A stretch of 63,288 bases of DNA, counting the filler, from Reticulomyxa filosa (Eukaryota; Protista; Foraminifera): the NCBI GenBank assembly GCA_000512085.1. It is 10 parts of 10 records of this genome, joined end to end, with 100 filler letters (N's around TTAATTAATTAA, not from the genome) between each part and the next. Parts side by side here need not be neighbours in the genome. Positions count along the whole stretch, not along the records: positions 51,509 to 57,400 come from ASPP01005247.1; positions 57,501 to 62,025 come from ASPP01038989.1; positions 62,126 to 63,288 come from ASPP01022930.1; 7 more parts are not named here. One strand, 5' to 3'. This document shows, one piece after another, positions 51,701 through 63,288 of the stretch (position 1 is the first letter of the stretch; each line of letters begins with the position of its first letter). The position numbers were made by a program, and so were the translations under genes. The notes under the pieces were generated by a model. The model saw only the letters and a list, made by a program, of their open reading frames with translations, ran no database searches and had not been told where the DNA came from.

Positions 51701-53029
51701 CATCCCAGGTGTTGGCGTTGGCGCAAAAGTGTGGAATTGAATATAAATTGGATTGAACACATATAATGTTGGTAATCATTATATCAATTGCATTAATATC
51801 CACCACCTTGGACTGTATACAAAACGAATCTCAAATTGAAGTGCTTGATAGCTGCTGCCAATTTCGCCACCAAAGAGTGATCTGTGACATCTAAAATTTC
51901 TCATTTTCTCATTACATATAATCCACTTTGAATATGTATATTAAGCCAATATCTACTTGTTCGTATTGTTCGAGAAATTGAATTTATTCTTTTCTTCTTT
52001 GTCGTTCTTGTCGTTGTAGCCATCTGCCATTAATATTATCTTTGCGGTCACTGATACTATCGTCATCATCGTATCCTACGCATTGTGTGAGTGGCGACAA
52101 AGTTCGATTTCTATGATTTGATATTTCTGCCGCAAATTGTTTTTTTTAAAACAAAAATACATAAAAAAAGAATATATCACTTAACTTATGTCGTTATCCT
52201 CACGCAGGATACCAATTATTTTTTTAAATATTAAAACAAAAATAAAAATAATATTCCAATTATAATTTTTTCTTTCATATTCTTTTTTTCATTTCATTAT
52301 TAATTTTTTTCTTTCATTTATTATTCTTTCTTATTTTTTTTCTTATATTTCTTTTTTTCTTTTTCATTATCCATTTTTTCTTTTTTAATATTTCATCCTT
52401 TTTTTTATTTCAATCCTTTTACTTTCCGCTTTTTTTTTCCTTTTATTATTACATCCTTTTTTTTTACTACATTTTTTTATTTGCATATTTTTTTATTATT
52501 TTCTTTTTATTACTCCTTTTTTTTCTTCATCATTTTTCTTTATTTTATTCCTTTTTTTATATACTTTTTTCCAACCCCTTTAAAAACATTATACATATAC
52601 CAAAAGTTCTTTTTTTGCACTGGAACCTATACCCAAACACAAAGTTATACTTTAAAAAACAGAAAAAAAAATATTAATACCTATAATATGTCGATCACGA
52701 TAAAAGATACAATTTCTTTTCCTATTTTAATACACTTCAAATCATTTTGTTTTTTTATTTGATAAAAGATATACACAAATATATATACATATACAAAATA
52801 CAAATATAGATTATCCATTTAAGGGGGAATTCCTATTTCATCACAAGTACACATTTTGTAACAAAGGTATATATAAATAAATAAAAAATATACAAACCTT
52901 TATTTGTTTTTTCGCAAACAGGGTAGAATTCAACCCCAAATTATTTTTTTTTTGGTGTGTGCTGAAGGGGAAATATAATGTTAAGTCATTGCGGGACGGT
53001 GGAACCTATATTATGAAACAAAAACCACA

Positions 53030-54700
53030 TTTATATATATTCAAAATAAACAAATAGAACAAACCAGTTTTTCTCCTTGCGGAGATATGTGCGGTTTCTA
53101 CACCGTATGTTATTTTTTTCATTACATTGGATTGTTCTATTGGAAATCAGCACACAAGCAATAGTTAAAATTGAACATAAACGAAACATAAAAGAATTAC
53201 CTTCTATTGGAATTTTGATCTTGCAATGTATCGCCAGCATTTTGAATCACAGTAAGTGATTATATAATTCCAACTACCGTTTGATCCATATTGTTTGCCA
53301 TCTCCTAACTTCAAGATTATTTTCTATATACAAATAGCAAACAAAAGAATAATACATATTATTGAACAACAAAGAAAAAAAAAACTAAATAACTTGGCAC
53401 TGTCCATGACATGCATTGTTGGCTCGAAGGATTTTTGCAGTTGGATAAAAATTTCTGTGGTTGAATTGGATCAATTTGTGGATAAGTGGAATTTTGCTGA
53501 CTGCTAAGTGCCATATGATATCACGCATTTTATAGTAAGTGCTGATTGCACATACGAGGATTGGCACCACGACCAACTTGTCAGTCGGCTGCGTTGTAGC
53601 CCACGTTCCTCATTTGCGCTAACAGCGCCTCTATCACACCAAAGGCATGTTTGGTCAATGGAACGGTAACAACTGGCTTGCCGTCACATTTTGTGACATC
53701 AATTGCAGTTAGTTGACAACAATTGCAAGTATACGTCGTCATTCTATTTCCCATTCATCAACGGCACCTCGATGTCATAATGTCCATTTTGTTTGTTTGT
53801 TCTTAAACAAAAAAAAAAAGAAAGTAAAAAAGAAAAAATGTCTAAACATTGCAACGTTGGACAATACTTTCAACAAAGTTGCGAAATTGTCGGCGATATT
53901 TGCTGGCTTTGCGCAATTTTGCGTTTGGTGCTCACTTGGACTTTGCAATGACACTTTGGAAAGAAATCTGCAGCAGCTGCAAGTCATGTTGGTGGTTGGA
54001 CTCGTTCTTGTTGCTGTGTTATACACGATACAATTGATCTGGCCAACGTCCACAATTGATACTCGCTCCTGGTTGCTATACGTTCTTTTCGACTGTGGTG
54101 TGCTTATCATTCTATCCACTTTAATATTTTTCGATATGCTGTTATTTTTATTTTATTTTTTAAAAACATTTCTATATAAAATACATAACATACACAAATT
54201 CATTATCTCACTTTATGTCTTTTGATATACGTACACCTCCCCTTTTTTTTAATGACTATTTTTTTTTCCATTTGATATTTCTATCGATGCTATGTACCTG
54301 AATGTCGCTGCTATGAATATCCATTTGTGTGTTGTCAATTGCATGATCGAAGTAGATATTAACGTTTTGGACTGCTTTAGATTGACAATCAGATTGCTTT
54401 GGAAAATACGTATAACTTCATTCGTCGATTGCACCGACTTATTGTCGGAAATTTGCAAAGAGGATGTGCTTGTCATGTTATTGTATAATTGTAGAGATTG
54501 CTCACATTTCCAATTTCCACACGTTGTTGATTGAGCAATTGAACGTACATATGATATTGCCGGCGTGTTCTTATTGATATGTCGATTGAAACGTTTCTGT
54601 GTGCTTGTTCCACTTGTATTCATCTCATTTACGTTTAACGTCACAACGAATACATTCAATACACGCAACCCCACCAACACCAACGACGATTTCATGCTGC
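53030..54700 (+). pseudogene. Degenerate multi-pass membrane protein (possibly 7TM family)
   Basis: Hydrophobic ORF fragments including LVAVLYTIQLIWP...LFDCGVLIILSTLIFF, with frameshifts and stops. Confidence 0.35.
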
Positions 54701-54719
54701 TGCCTAGATAACTACAACT

Positions 54720-56340
54720 TTTTGTGCAATATTTTCTCATCCGTTTGCCCCTTCACTTTTGCTTGGCACTGAAAACGAAGGACATATAATGAGCAACAAA
54801 GCCACTTTAAGATAAAAATGAGAAAATTTGTGGCAAGCGATAGAAATGCCGAGTTGATTGAAAATGCAATTGGTGTACTTGTTTTGTATATGATCATAGT
54901 TCAATAAAGAAAAAAGCTGATCTTTTTCTAATATAAACATTCTTTCACTTAAAAAGGACAAATGTGCATAGATTAGAAAGAGTATGATTTCCAATTTGAA
55001 AAAAAAAATTTAAATGGAAAAAGTGGCCACAGTAAATGCAACAATTTCCAAAAAAACAAGAAAAAAATGTTCGGAGCCTCCATGTGTGCAAAAATGTTCT
55101 CTTAACACTTTCTCCATCTTTAATGTAATCAAATTTGTATCTGTGTATGTGTATTGTGTTTGATTGAGTGAGAAAAGATTATCTTAAAAAAAATTGATTG
55201 GTTGCATTTTGGCTTGTAGACAAGTAAACAAGATTAGAAACCCCTCCAAAAAAAGATACCTGTACAACTCCAATCTCTTGTAAATGTATTTGTCGCTGTC
55301 TTACACATCCCAACACAACTGCCATTTGATGTTGCTTTTTAATAAATGAGACAAGCTTCATAACAGGTTCTTTGAATCAAGAAAAAACTTCCCAAACTTT
55401 GATATGTTTATCAAGATTTCTCAAAAAAGTGAAAAACTTGATTCTCGATATCTTTCCGAATATCATTCATTATCCAAGTGGCCAACTCTAAGTGTGATCA
55501 TGATTTTGCTGAAGTAATTGTCCATGTATTTGGGGGATCAAAACTCCATTTCATCGACCTTTTTGTCAATACATTTTGAGTTGTGATCAGTCATTGCAAT
55601 GACTAGTTCAATCAAGTGAACGAATTCTTCCTTTGAAACGTGCTTCAACTGGCCACAGTTAATAGGCCAAAGATGTCCATCGGGCATGGGCATGGTGTTG
55701 TTGGAATGAGTGTTTTCATTGAATCCTCTGTTTTTGAAGATTTGATACTTGTGCATCAAAAGTATTTTAAGAAAAAGCACCACGTTGAGCACTAAAAGCG
55801 CATCATACGAGAGACAGTGCACTGACGCTGACAGGCTGTCAGGCCATGTTAGCTGGATAAACAGCAAGGTAAGCATGCAATTGAATAAAGCGTTAGCACG
55901 TTATGCAAATCTCTTACCTTCTTTATTGTATATGAGAAAAGATTATCATGCCTAAAAACATGAAAGGGTAGAAAAAAGTTCGTCAAAGTAATAAAAGTGT
56001 ATGTGGAAACATAAATTGTAAGTTGAAGTGAAAAAAATTTTTTAAAAATAAATAAATAAAAAGTTTAGTAAAAATTGGAAAATTATTTTATTTTTTTTTT
56101 GGACTTGGCAATGGTGGAACGGGTTATGAGAAAATAAATTTTTTGATGTTTGTAATTGATAATCTTTCAAAGTATAGACAGTTATTGAAGAACCAACAAT
56201 AAAAAAAAAAAGGGTGAAAACGATCGTGTCATTGTGGTGGACGTTATGGTGTAGCACTTTAGCTGTATGGACGGCTTTGACAACGACTGACGACGTCAGC
56301 ACATGTCCGTCTGCTGATCCTTGCATTGAGTGCAATCAAG
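54720..56340 (-). pseudogene. Degenerate multi-pass membrane protein, apparent paralog of the convergent plus-strand copy
   Basis: MLTLLFIQLTWP...YDALLVLNVVLFL resembles the plus-strand copy. Confidence 0.35.
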
Positions 56341-57500
56341 TGTAAAACTATTCGACAGAAGACTTGGTGTATATGAAGGTGCCACCAAACTGACACAACA
56401 TGGACACTAACGACAAGGGATTGTTAGTAGAGAACAAACTGAAAGAATTGCAAGCATGGCCATATTCACATATTGCGCTTAACACATTGACTTATCATTG
56501 CGACATCAGCACATTATGTTGGAACACAATCAATTTATTTAAACTTTGGTCAGCTTTATTTCAACCATGCATATATCACGCATTTTCGAACTGCATAATA
56601 CTTCCCCAATCTTCAAGTATACGTAGATCAAGGTGATATGATTACCAACTTAGGAATACATATTGTAGAAGTCACTCATAGTATTTAGAATGACACCATC
56701 AAATAATAGTTGATTACAACTTCATTCAACAAGGACACATGTCTGGCCATCTAATTAGTTTCTGCTATACTTTGGTGGCACTAAAAGATCATATTACAAA
56801 ATCTTATTGTTTCTTATGCTTTAGTCCTTGATTAATCCTTTTTTTAAATTAGTTATGGTTTTGTATGCATGTATGTTCTTGGTGGTTTATGATTTTTGTA
56901 TAATGTACTTTACACATTTTATAAGCATTGGTTATAATATGTTGACTTATTGTAAGTCTTATTTTTCTCAATGTTTTGAAATTAATTTAATTGTATAAAA
57001 GAATATCTATCTTTTCATTTTTATTATTTTCAAAAAAGAAAAGGGCTGTCTTTTTTTTTTTTAAAATAGTGTTATTCGTTGCAAAAAGTTTGGGGAGATA
57101 GAAAAATGAATGTACAAACAAACTCTTCAAGGAAGAAACACGTAGAGATAAAAGATTTTTCAATAGTATTAAAATCTGGATCTTATTTTAGATATGAAAA
57201 AAATAACCACATTTGAAAAATGATACAATTAGAATAAAACACACTTGCGTTTCAATAATAATAACAAATCACACAATGAAATTAATTACATTCAAAGAAA
57301 CAGAACATAACACAAAATAAATCAATGTGTTGATTTGTTATATAATTGAAGAAACTATCCAGACAATATTGCCCAAAATATATATATATATATATATTGT
57401 NNNNNNNNNNNNNNNNNNNNNNNNNNNNNNNNNNNNNNNNNNNNTTAATTAATTAANNNNNNNNNNNNNNNNNNNNNNNNNNNNNNNNNNNNNNNNNNNN

Positions 57501-58267
57501 GAATTGACACGCAAGTTAGTATATTGAAATGTGTTGTTACGTTTGTCATATTCAATTGATAGTCCTGTTTTTCCAGAAAATAATAGCATTGCATCTTTAT
57601 TTTGATTTGCGTTTGATCTTGCTCTTTCTGCTATATTTGCTGCTTTGGACACGAAACAATGAAATGACATATTATTGCCTATTGGTAAGGTACTATGATT
57701 CACGTATTGAAATGTATGCAAATTAAACACATCAATATTCTCTGGCAGATAAGTGAGGAATAATAAATGACTATTAATGCCACCAATCACTGCACGCAAT
57801 CCTTTATAATTGTCTTTCTTTCGTCCAATACAAATCGACTTATTGTATTTATCAGTCAAAGCAGTCCATTTATTAACATCCATCGTCTCTTTACTTTTGT
57901 CTTCATTCTCGCTGTTTTCAGGATTATCCCAAACACTCACATATTTCATTATTAATGTATGTTTAAACTGTCCGCCTAGGGATAACAATGTGATACCATT
58001 TGGATTGCTATTATTTGTAAGTCTTAGCACACAATGCCCATCCAATTCAATATCCACTGGATACGAACATATGGCCTTGTACTGATCTTTGATGGTATGA
58101 TAAGAATAACAGGTCTTATTTTCCCAACCTCCACAGATCAGAATTTCGTGATTATAAACTATACATTGACTACGAGAAAGTAAGACTGGTAAAGAGGCCA
58201 ACGTTACAAAAGGAGTAGGAGTATCCATTATCTGTGTTTGCTCTGACTTGTTATCACTTGATTCCAT
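57501..58267 (-). CDS. Kelch-like beta-propeller protein of a lineage-expanded family (3'-truncated)
   Basis: TPFVTLASLP...SQCIVYNHEILICGG...CYSYHTIKDQYKAICSYP...GHCV...ITLLSLGG, with kelch-type GG motifs. Confidence 0.7.
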
Positions 58268-58541
58268 TTTAAAGTACTCAAACGTTGGTATTTGTGTTCT
58301 ATTTTTAATTATTATTTGCTTGAAAAGGGCCAAATGTAAAAAAAAAAAGGAGAATACTTTTTTGAAGTATTGTTAGGCCTCTGTTGTCGAGGGTTAGATT
58401 GATAGTTCAAAATACAATCCTAATTTTTTTATCTTTGAATTGAAGAAACCTTAAAGAGGGAGGCAACATCCCGATTTCTGACAAGCAAACACACAATAAC
58501 AATAAACTACAATTTGGAGCCAGTAGTTTGACTAATTTTTC

Positions 58542-59171
58542 TCACATCAGTTGTTGAATCGGAGCAATAACACATTGTTCGTTTGGTGATGAGCAAGTAA
58601 ATGATTCAGCACCCTTAACTATACATTTGTAGCAAAAAGAACTCACGTTTATACAATAAGTACAAATCAACACTCACTTATATTTTACCTTTTGCAACTG
58701 TTAAACAAGCCATGCAAAAATAATAGTCGCAGCCCTTGCATTTTATGAACTTACATCCAGACTCGTGTTCCACAAACTATTTCAATTTATAACACAATTC
58801 TGTTCACATAGTTTAAAAAGAGTGACATCTTGTGTATGTCTTCTCCTTAATAAAGCACGGGAGGGACAGCAATAAACACACACACAAAAAAAGGAAATAC
58901 CATAAAACAACGCGGACAGGCTCTAATGTTTGGAATTTTTACGTCCAAGTTATAGGATGTTGCTTTGTTTTTACAACTATCTAAAACAACTTGAATTTCC
59001 AACACAGGACAATTTGGATTCCCGCAAATTTGTAATCCGTTGCGTTTCCAAAGGCGTTCACAGACCCAACAAAAATTTGTACCACATGACGAGCAAGCCG
59101 CCCTACATACCACAACATACAACACACTAGTAGTATATAATATCAAGAAAATCGAATAAACAAAAATAGAT

Positions 59172-59207
<36 letters not shown>

Positions 59208-60471
59208 GACCTGAAAATGTTGAGAGACTCGCTTGGCTCTCCCAAGCATTTGCAATTAGGACACTTTTTGATTCCATTTTTTTCATTGATCGATTTGCAA
59301 TTATCTGCTGATACCTTAAATTTTCAGAGAGGCTCAAATCGGCTACCTCGGCAACTAGATCCCAATTCCATTCTCTTGCACATTTGGGATCAGGGCAACA
59401 AATACTGGTTGTGGTCAAATCCTTGCCCAATCTCCATTTGATGTATTCGTACATTGTATGTGCTCCTATTGCATGTCCACAAGGCATTTGAGCCCGTGGG
59501 ATGAACATGTCGTCGTCAAGGGTTATGACATCTGTTTTAGTTGACAATTTGATTTGTGGATATTTTTTTGGATTAAGATGACGAATTCTCTGCTCGTCTT
59601 CTTTTCCAATGTTCTCTTTTGCAATATCTTCTTTTGCAAAATTCTCTTTTGGAATTTTTTTTTTCTGCAATGTATTCTTTTCTTAGGTATTCGTTTCTTA
59701 CATATTTTGTTTCTCTATCTTCTTTTTTGGTGTCATCTTCAACCCACAAAACACCGAGTTATCTCAAAATCCAGCACGAAGAAAAAATACAAACAACAAA
59801 CGAGAAAAAGCACTGCCTCCACCGTACATCTTCATTACGAATGAAAACGCTGTAGGTTTAATAATGTTGTACTGTTCTAAAGTTTTCTATAATCCATTCC
59901 ACATTAATCAATATACTCGAAACAAAAAACTTAGACAAGTAAGCCCAAAAAAAAAAAAAAATACGTAACACTAGGCTCTGTCAACGCAATTCCACTTCCT
60001 AGCAATGTATACGTATCCTCCAAACCCAACATATTGTTTATTTTGTCCCTTATTTGTCTCACAGTCATTGTTTTTTTGACCTTTATTCGTCTGCTTGTTG
60101 CACCACTTGTCACACTGCATATAAACTCATTGTTAGTTGTTCGCGAGACAGAATTTCGATAATTTAGTTCTAAGTTATTTCGTATGAGTGATGAGAATCT
60201 CTCACAATAAGCATTGAAGATCTGAGTGGCCGCAATTTTGGGAATCTCAAGGCCTTCTATATCTTCTTTAACCATTATGGAGGTGACAAATGTTTTGCCA
60301 TCGACTCCATTTCTGTGTAGCGCGATCATTACTTGCTCTTGATACGTTTCTGCAACTTGAGCCTTTGCCCAAGCTTTTTTTTTTTTTTTGAGCTTCAAGG
60401 ACGGAGTGTTTCAACAAAAAAATAATGGAGATAATAATACCAACAACTTCTTCAACTGTCCACTGTTGCAT
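58542..60471 (-). CDS. SAM + ubiquitin-like + RBR (RING1-IBR-RING2) E3 ubiquitin ligase; multi-exon
   Basis: SAM: QWTVEEVV|AWA...NGVDGKTF. UBL ending MKMYGG. Degenerate RING1 MPCGH...CCPDPKC, IBR CPNC...CSSCGTNFCWVC, RING2 RACPRC|FVEHESGCKFIKCKGCDYYFCMACL. Two homopolymer indels. Confidence 0.82.
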
Positions 60472-60741
60472 GGCACTTTTGGAAAATAATTGAACAACGT
60501 GCAGAATAAAAAACAACAGCAAAACTGGAACAAACAAACTTTTTTTTTTTTTTGGTATTCCCTCTTGCACCCTACTGCATTTACGACTGTAACATTTTTA
60601 AAAATCTTTTTTAAGCAATTTAACGCAAAGCGACATAAGTTGACAGTATTTCGAGAGTGTATACGCAATTTTTTATCAGTCACAAAAAATCTACAAAGAT
60701 TCTAACTGAAGAGGTATGTTAATGGCAGGCCATTTATTATT

Positions 60742-62025
60742 ATGTTAACACTCAGCACGACGATATTGCAAACAAAGAAGGACAAGATGCTTATGAAAAA
60801 GAATTTTTTGACGAGGGAGTTTCCACTCTGTTGTGGTTGTGTTTGGTCGTCAATTGTTTTTATTGCAGTCTATATGTTGCTTAAGGAAATGAACACGCCA
60901 AAGTATGGTGCAACGAACATAGCAGGTCTAATTCTTTTTGGGTTTATCTATGTGTTATCTACGAGTGCTTTTTGTACTTACTTTTTGTATTCCTCTACAT
61001 TGGAAATGACACTTATTCCTTTTAAAAAATCAGACTTGCCTTGCGATGTGACAAACTCAAACCAAGCTGTACAAATATGTAATCAATCATATAATGGGAA
61101 AAGTGCAGCATATGGTGGACAGAGTAAAAATACAACAAGTTTGTAATGCTTTTTTTAAAAATAAACAGCACATAAGAATTGAAATATATGATATAATCTG
61201 ATATCTAAAAAAAAAAAAGACGTATCTGATATGTCGCAGTCAGATGACGAATATCACAAGGAACATCAATTTTGCACTAATTTTTGCAATGTTGCTGTTG
61301 AGGAATGGGAACGAAAAGAAATAAGTGGTTTGTAAAAAAAGAGGCTTATTTTTTATTGTGTACCAGTTGGACGGAAACAAAAAAATTATTTTTTTACAGA
61401 GTGGGGAAAAACGCTGATACCAGTAGCTCAGAAAGAGATAGAGCGTTGGTTGCAAAATGAAAATTTCATGTTTAGTGGCGAGACAATATCGCAATGGGAT
61501 CACAGCACTTGGCAATTTAAAGTGAAAAATGGAGTTGCTCGGACTCAAATTCGAGAGAGTTGGGAAAAACTTAAAAAAAAGCAGCACAACAACAATAAGG
61601 CCAAATGTGGTCATAAAAAAGATAAACATACGATCATGAGCGAATATGGACAACATTCTACTAGGGGAATAGTCGGTTTCCAAAATTTGGGTAACACATG
61701 CTATTTAAACGCTGCTATTCAAGTTATCTTGTCTGCATCTCAAACACACCTTTGAATAATTTTTTTTTTTTTTTTTTTCTTTCTGTCCTCCAATCTTTCC
61801 TTCTTGAATGCCAAAAGTGTTTATTGCAAGTGCGACCACTAATGAAAATGGAATGGAGTTCACAACCCGAAGAGAACACCTTTGGCAAAGAGTGGATACA
61901 TTTGACCAATGAAGTGCATAAAGAAAATTATGCCGGAGAGCGCATTCTCAGCACTAAATACTTGATACCATTTCTTGGAGACATCGACTCAAGGTTATTC
62001 CTTTTTTTTTTTTTTTTTTTTTTTT
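60742..62025 (+). CDS. USP-family (peptidase C19) deubiquitinase with two predicted N-terminal TM helices (3'-truncated)
   Basis: Cys box GFQNLGNTCYLNAAIQ|CL. The 2-TM exon 60742-61138 splices in frame (GT at 61139, A12G at 61219) to NVSDMSQSDDEY and on to the Cys box. Confidence 0.78.
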
Positions 62026-63288
62026 NNNNNNNNNNNNNNNNNNNNNNNNNNNNNNNNNNNNNNNNNNNNTTAATTAATTAANNNNNNNNNNNNNNNNNNN
62101 NNNNNNNNNNNNNNNNNNNNNNNNNACATGAATACACTAATACAGGAATCCATAATCGATGATAGCCATATATCCATCCACAATCAAAATGGCACGACCA
62201 CATTCGAACCGGCGCCCACAAAAATCATAATATCAGCAACCAATAATCTTTGATTCTTTTTTTTTTGAAGTGATGTTTTTTATCAGCTCCAAACTTTTGG
62301 TATTTGAAGAAAAAAAGAAAAGAGTTGTTCAACTAACTCTTTCGAAACGAAATTGACTCATTAATCAACAATCTTTTCACCACTGGCGCCGGTACTGGAA
62401 CGAACTTAGTACAAGACTGTAGAAAAAAGGGGAGAAAAAGTTCCTGGCTAACACATTCCAATTCTCTTTAATTTAGATGAAAAATGAAATTTTGTTAATA
62501 TTTGAATTCTTCAATTTCAAATTAGAAAGCATATGAGTTCACAATTTGATGCAGAATAAGTAAATGTGGAAAATGTTTTTTTCAAAAAAGTTATTGTGCG
62601 ACAGAGCCAAATCAAAGATTGGATATTTGATGCAGTTTGTGGCTGCAAATTAATAGAGTTTCAAGGAGATCTTGCTATCAAAGCTTGTTTTTAAGGAATA
62701 GTTTTGCCCATTTCTGTTGGTAATGTTGGTTTTATTGCAATATTTTTGAAACAAAAGCAAAAGTTTAAAAAAAACGAACTTTCAGCGGTTATTTGTCAAA
62801 CAACCCACCAGCTGTTTTTTTATTTAAAAAAAGTGTTATTCATTAGTAGGAAATATTTTTGATTCTGTAATTAACTCAAAATACATTTCCTTATTTGAAT
62901 GAAAGGCATAATCACTTGTATCAAATGATGGATGAATCAATGTGTTTTTTTTTCCCTTCAATAAATTTGATAAATTTCCACTAGTACAATCCATTTACTT
63001 GCAAAATCAGACAATTTAAGTACCTAACATGGCACGGAGCATTTGGGATGATTGAAACGGGGATTATAATCGCTTAATCCTTTCATTTTTATTATGCAAA
63101 TATGACTTTTTCTTCTTTCTTTCGATTATACTGCTCATCATTTTAAACACAAAAATAGAAATGAAAAAGAATGGTATCATCACTTTTTTTTCTTCATTGA
63201 AAACAATTTTTGGCTTGTTTGCTCGTGTACAAATTATTGATATCATTCAACTAATCGAAAAATTATATCATTTGTTTCATCAAAATAA

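Noticed and set aside
52250-52570. Very T-rich tract giving a Phe-rich ORF
   Set aside because: Low-complexity non-coding sequence with no periodicity or defined termini.
8030-60471. Functional link between the kinesin SAM and the RBR SAM domains
   Set aside because: They are on different contigs and SAM domains are common. There is no evidence beyond co-occurrence in an artificial window.
27217-62125. Recurring TTAATTAATTAA palindrome within N runs, resembling a regular repeat array
   Set aside because: Identical synthetic spacers joining contigs. Any gene linkage across them is meaningless.
1-63288. Alternative genetic code or stop readthrough to explain fragmented ORFs
   Set aside because: In the models checked, the stops fall inside GT-AG introns, and TAA, TAG and TGA all end genes.
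1-63288. CRISPR array, operon or prokaryotic defence system
   Set aside because: No repeat-spacer array or prokaryotic gene organisation. The content is intron-containing eukaryotic genes.

Overview
This window is AT-rich eukaryotic (protist) genomic DNA, not prokaryotic. It is 10 separate contig pieces joined by artificial 100-nt spacers (N44-TTAATTAATTAA-N44), so adjacency across spacers has no biological meaning. Gene families, many pseudogenes and homopolymer indels suggest a foraminiferan such as Reticulomyxa filosa (inference, not verified). Genes are split by short GT-AG introns, so the ORF track fragments them; I rebuilt the models by hand. Genes found: an LCM-type methyltransferase, a 12-exon kinesin-8 fused to SAM and a degenerate GTPase-like domain, a LOTUS+RRM RNA-binding protein, a BRWD/PHIP-type WD40-bromodomain protein, a sulfotransferase, a triple-PH protein, a PTS2-bearing acyl-CoA oxidase, a kelch-like family member, and a head-to-head pair of a SAM-UBL-RBR E3 ligase and a membrane-anchored USP deubiquitinase. 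Non-coding highlights: a Tc1/mariner-type MITE (2 copies), two solo LTRs with 4-bp TSDs, a poly(A) insertion with a 10-bp TSD, a tRNA-like gene with a ~173-nt anticodon-loop insert, and an inverted intron architecture (weak donors, 5' U-rich, 3' poly(A)-AG).
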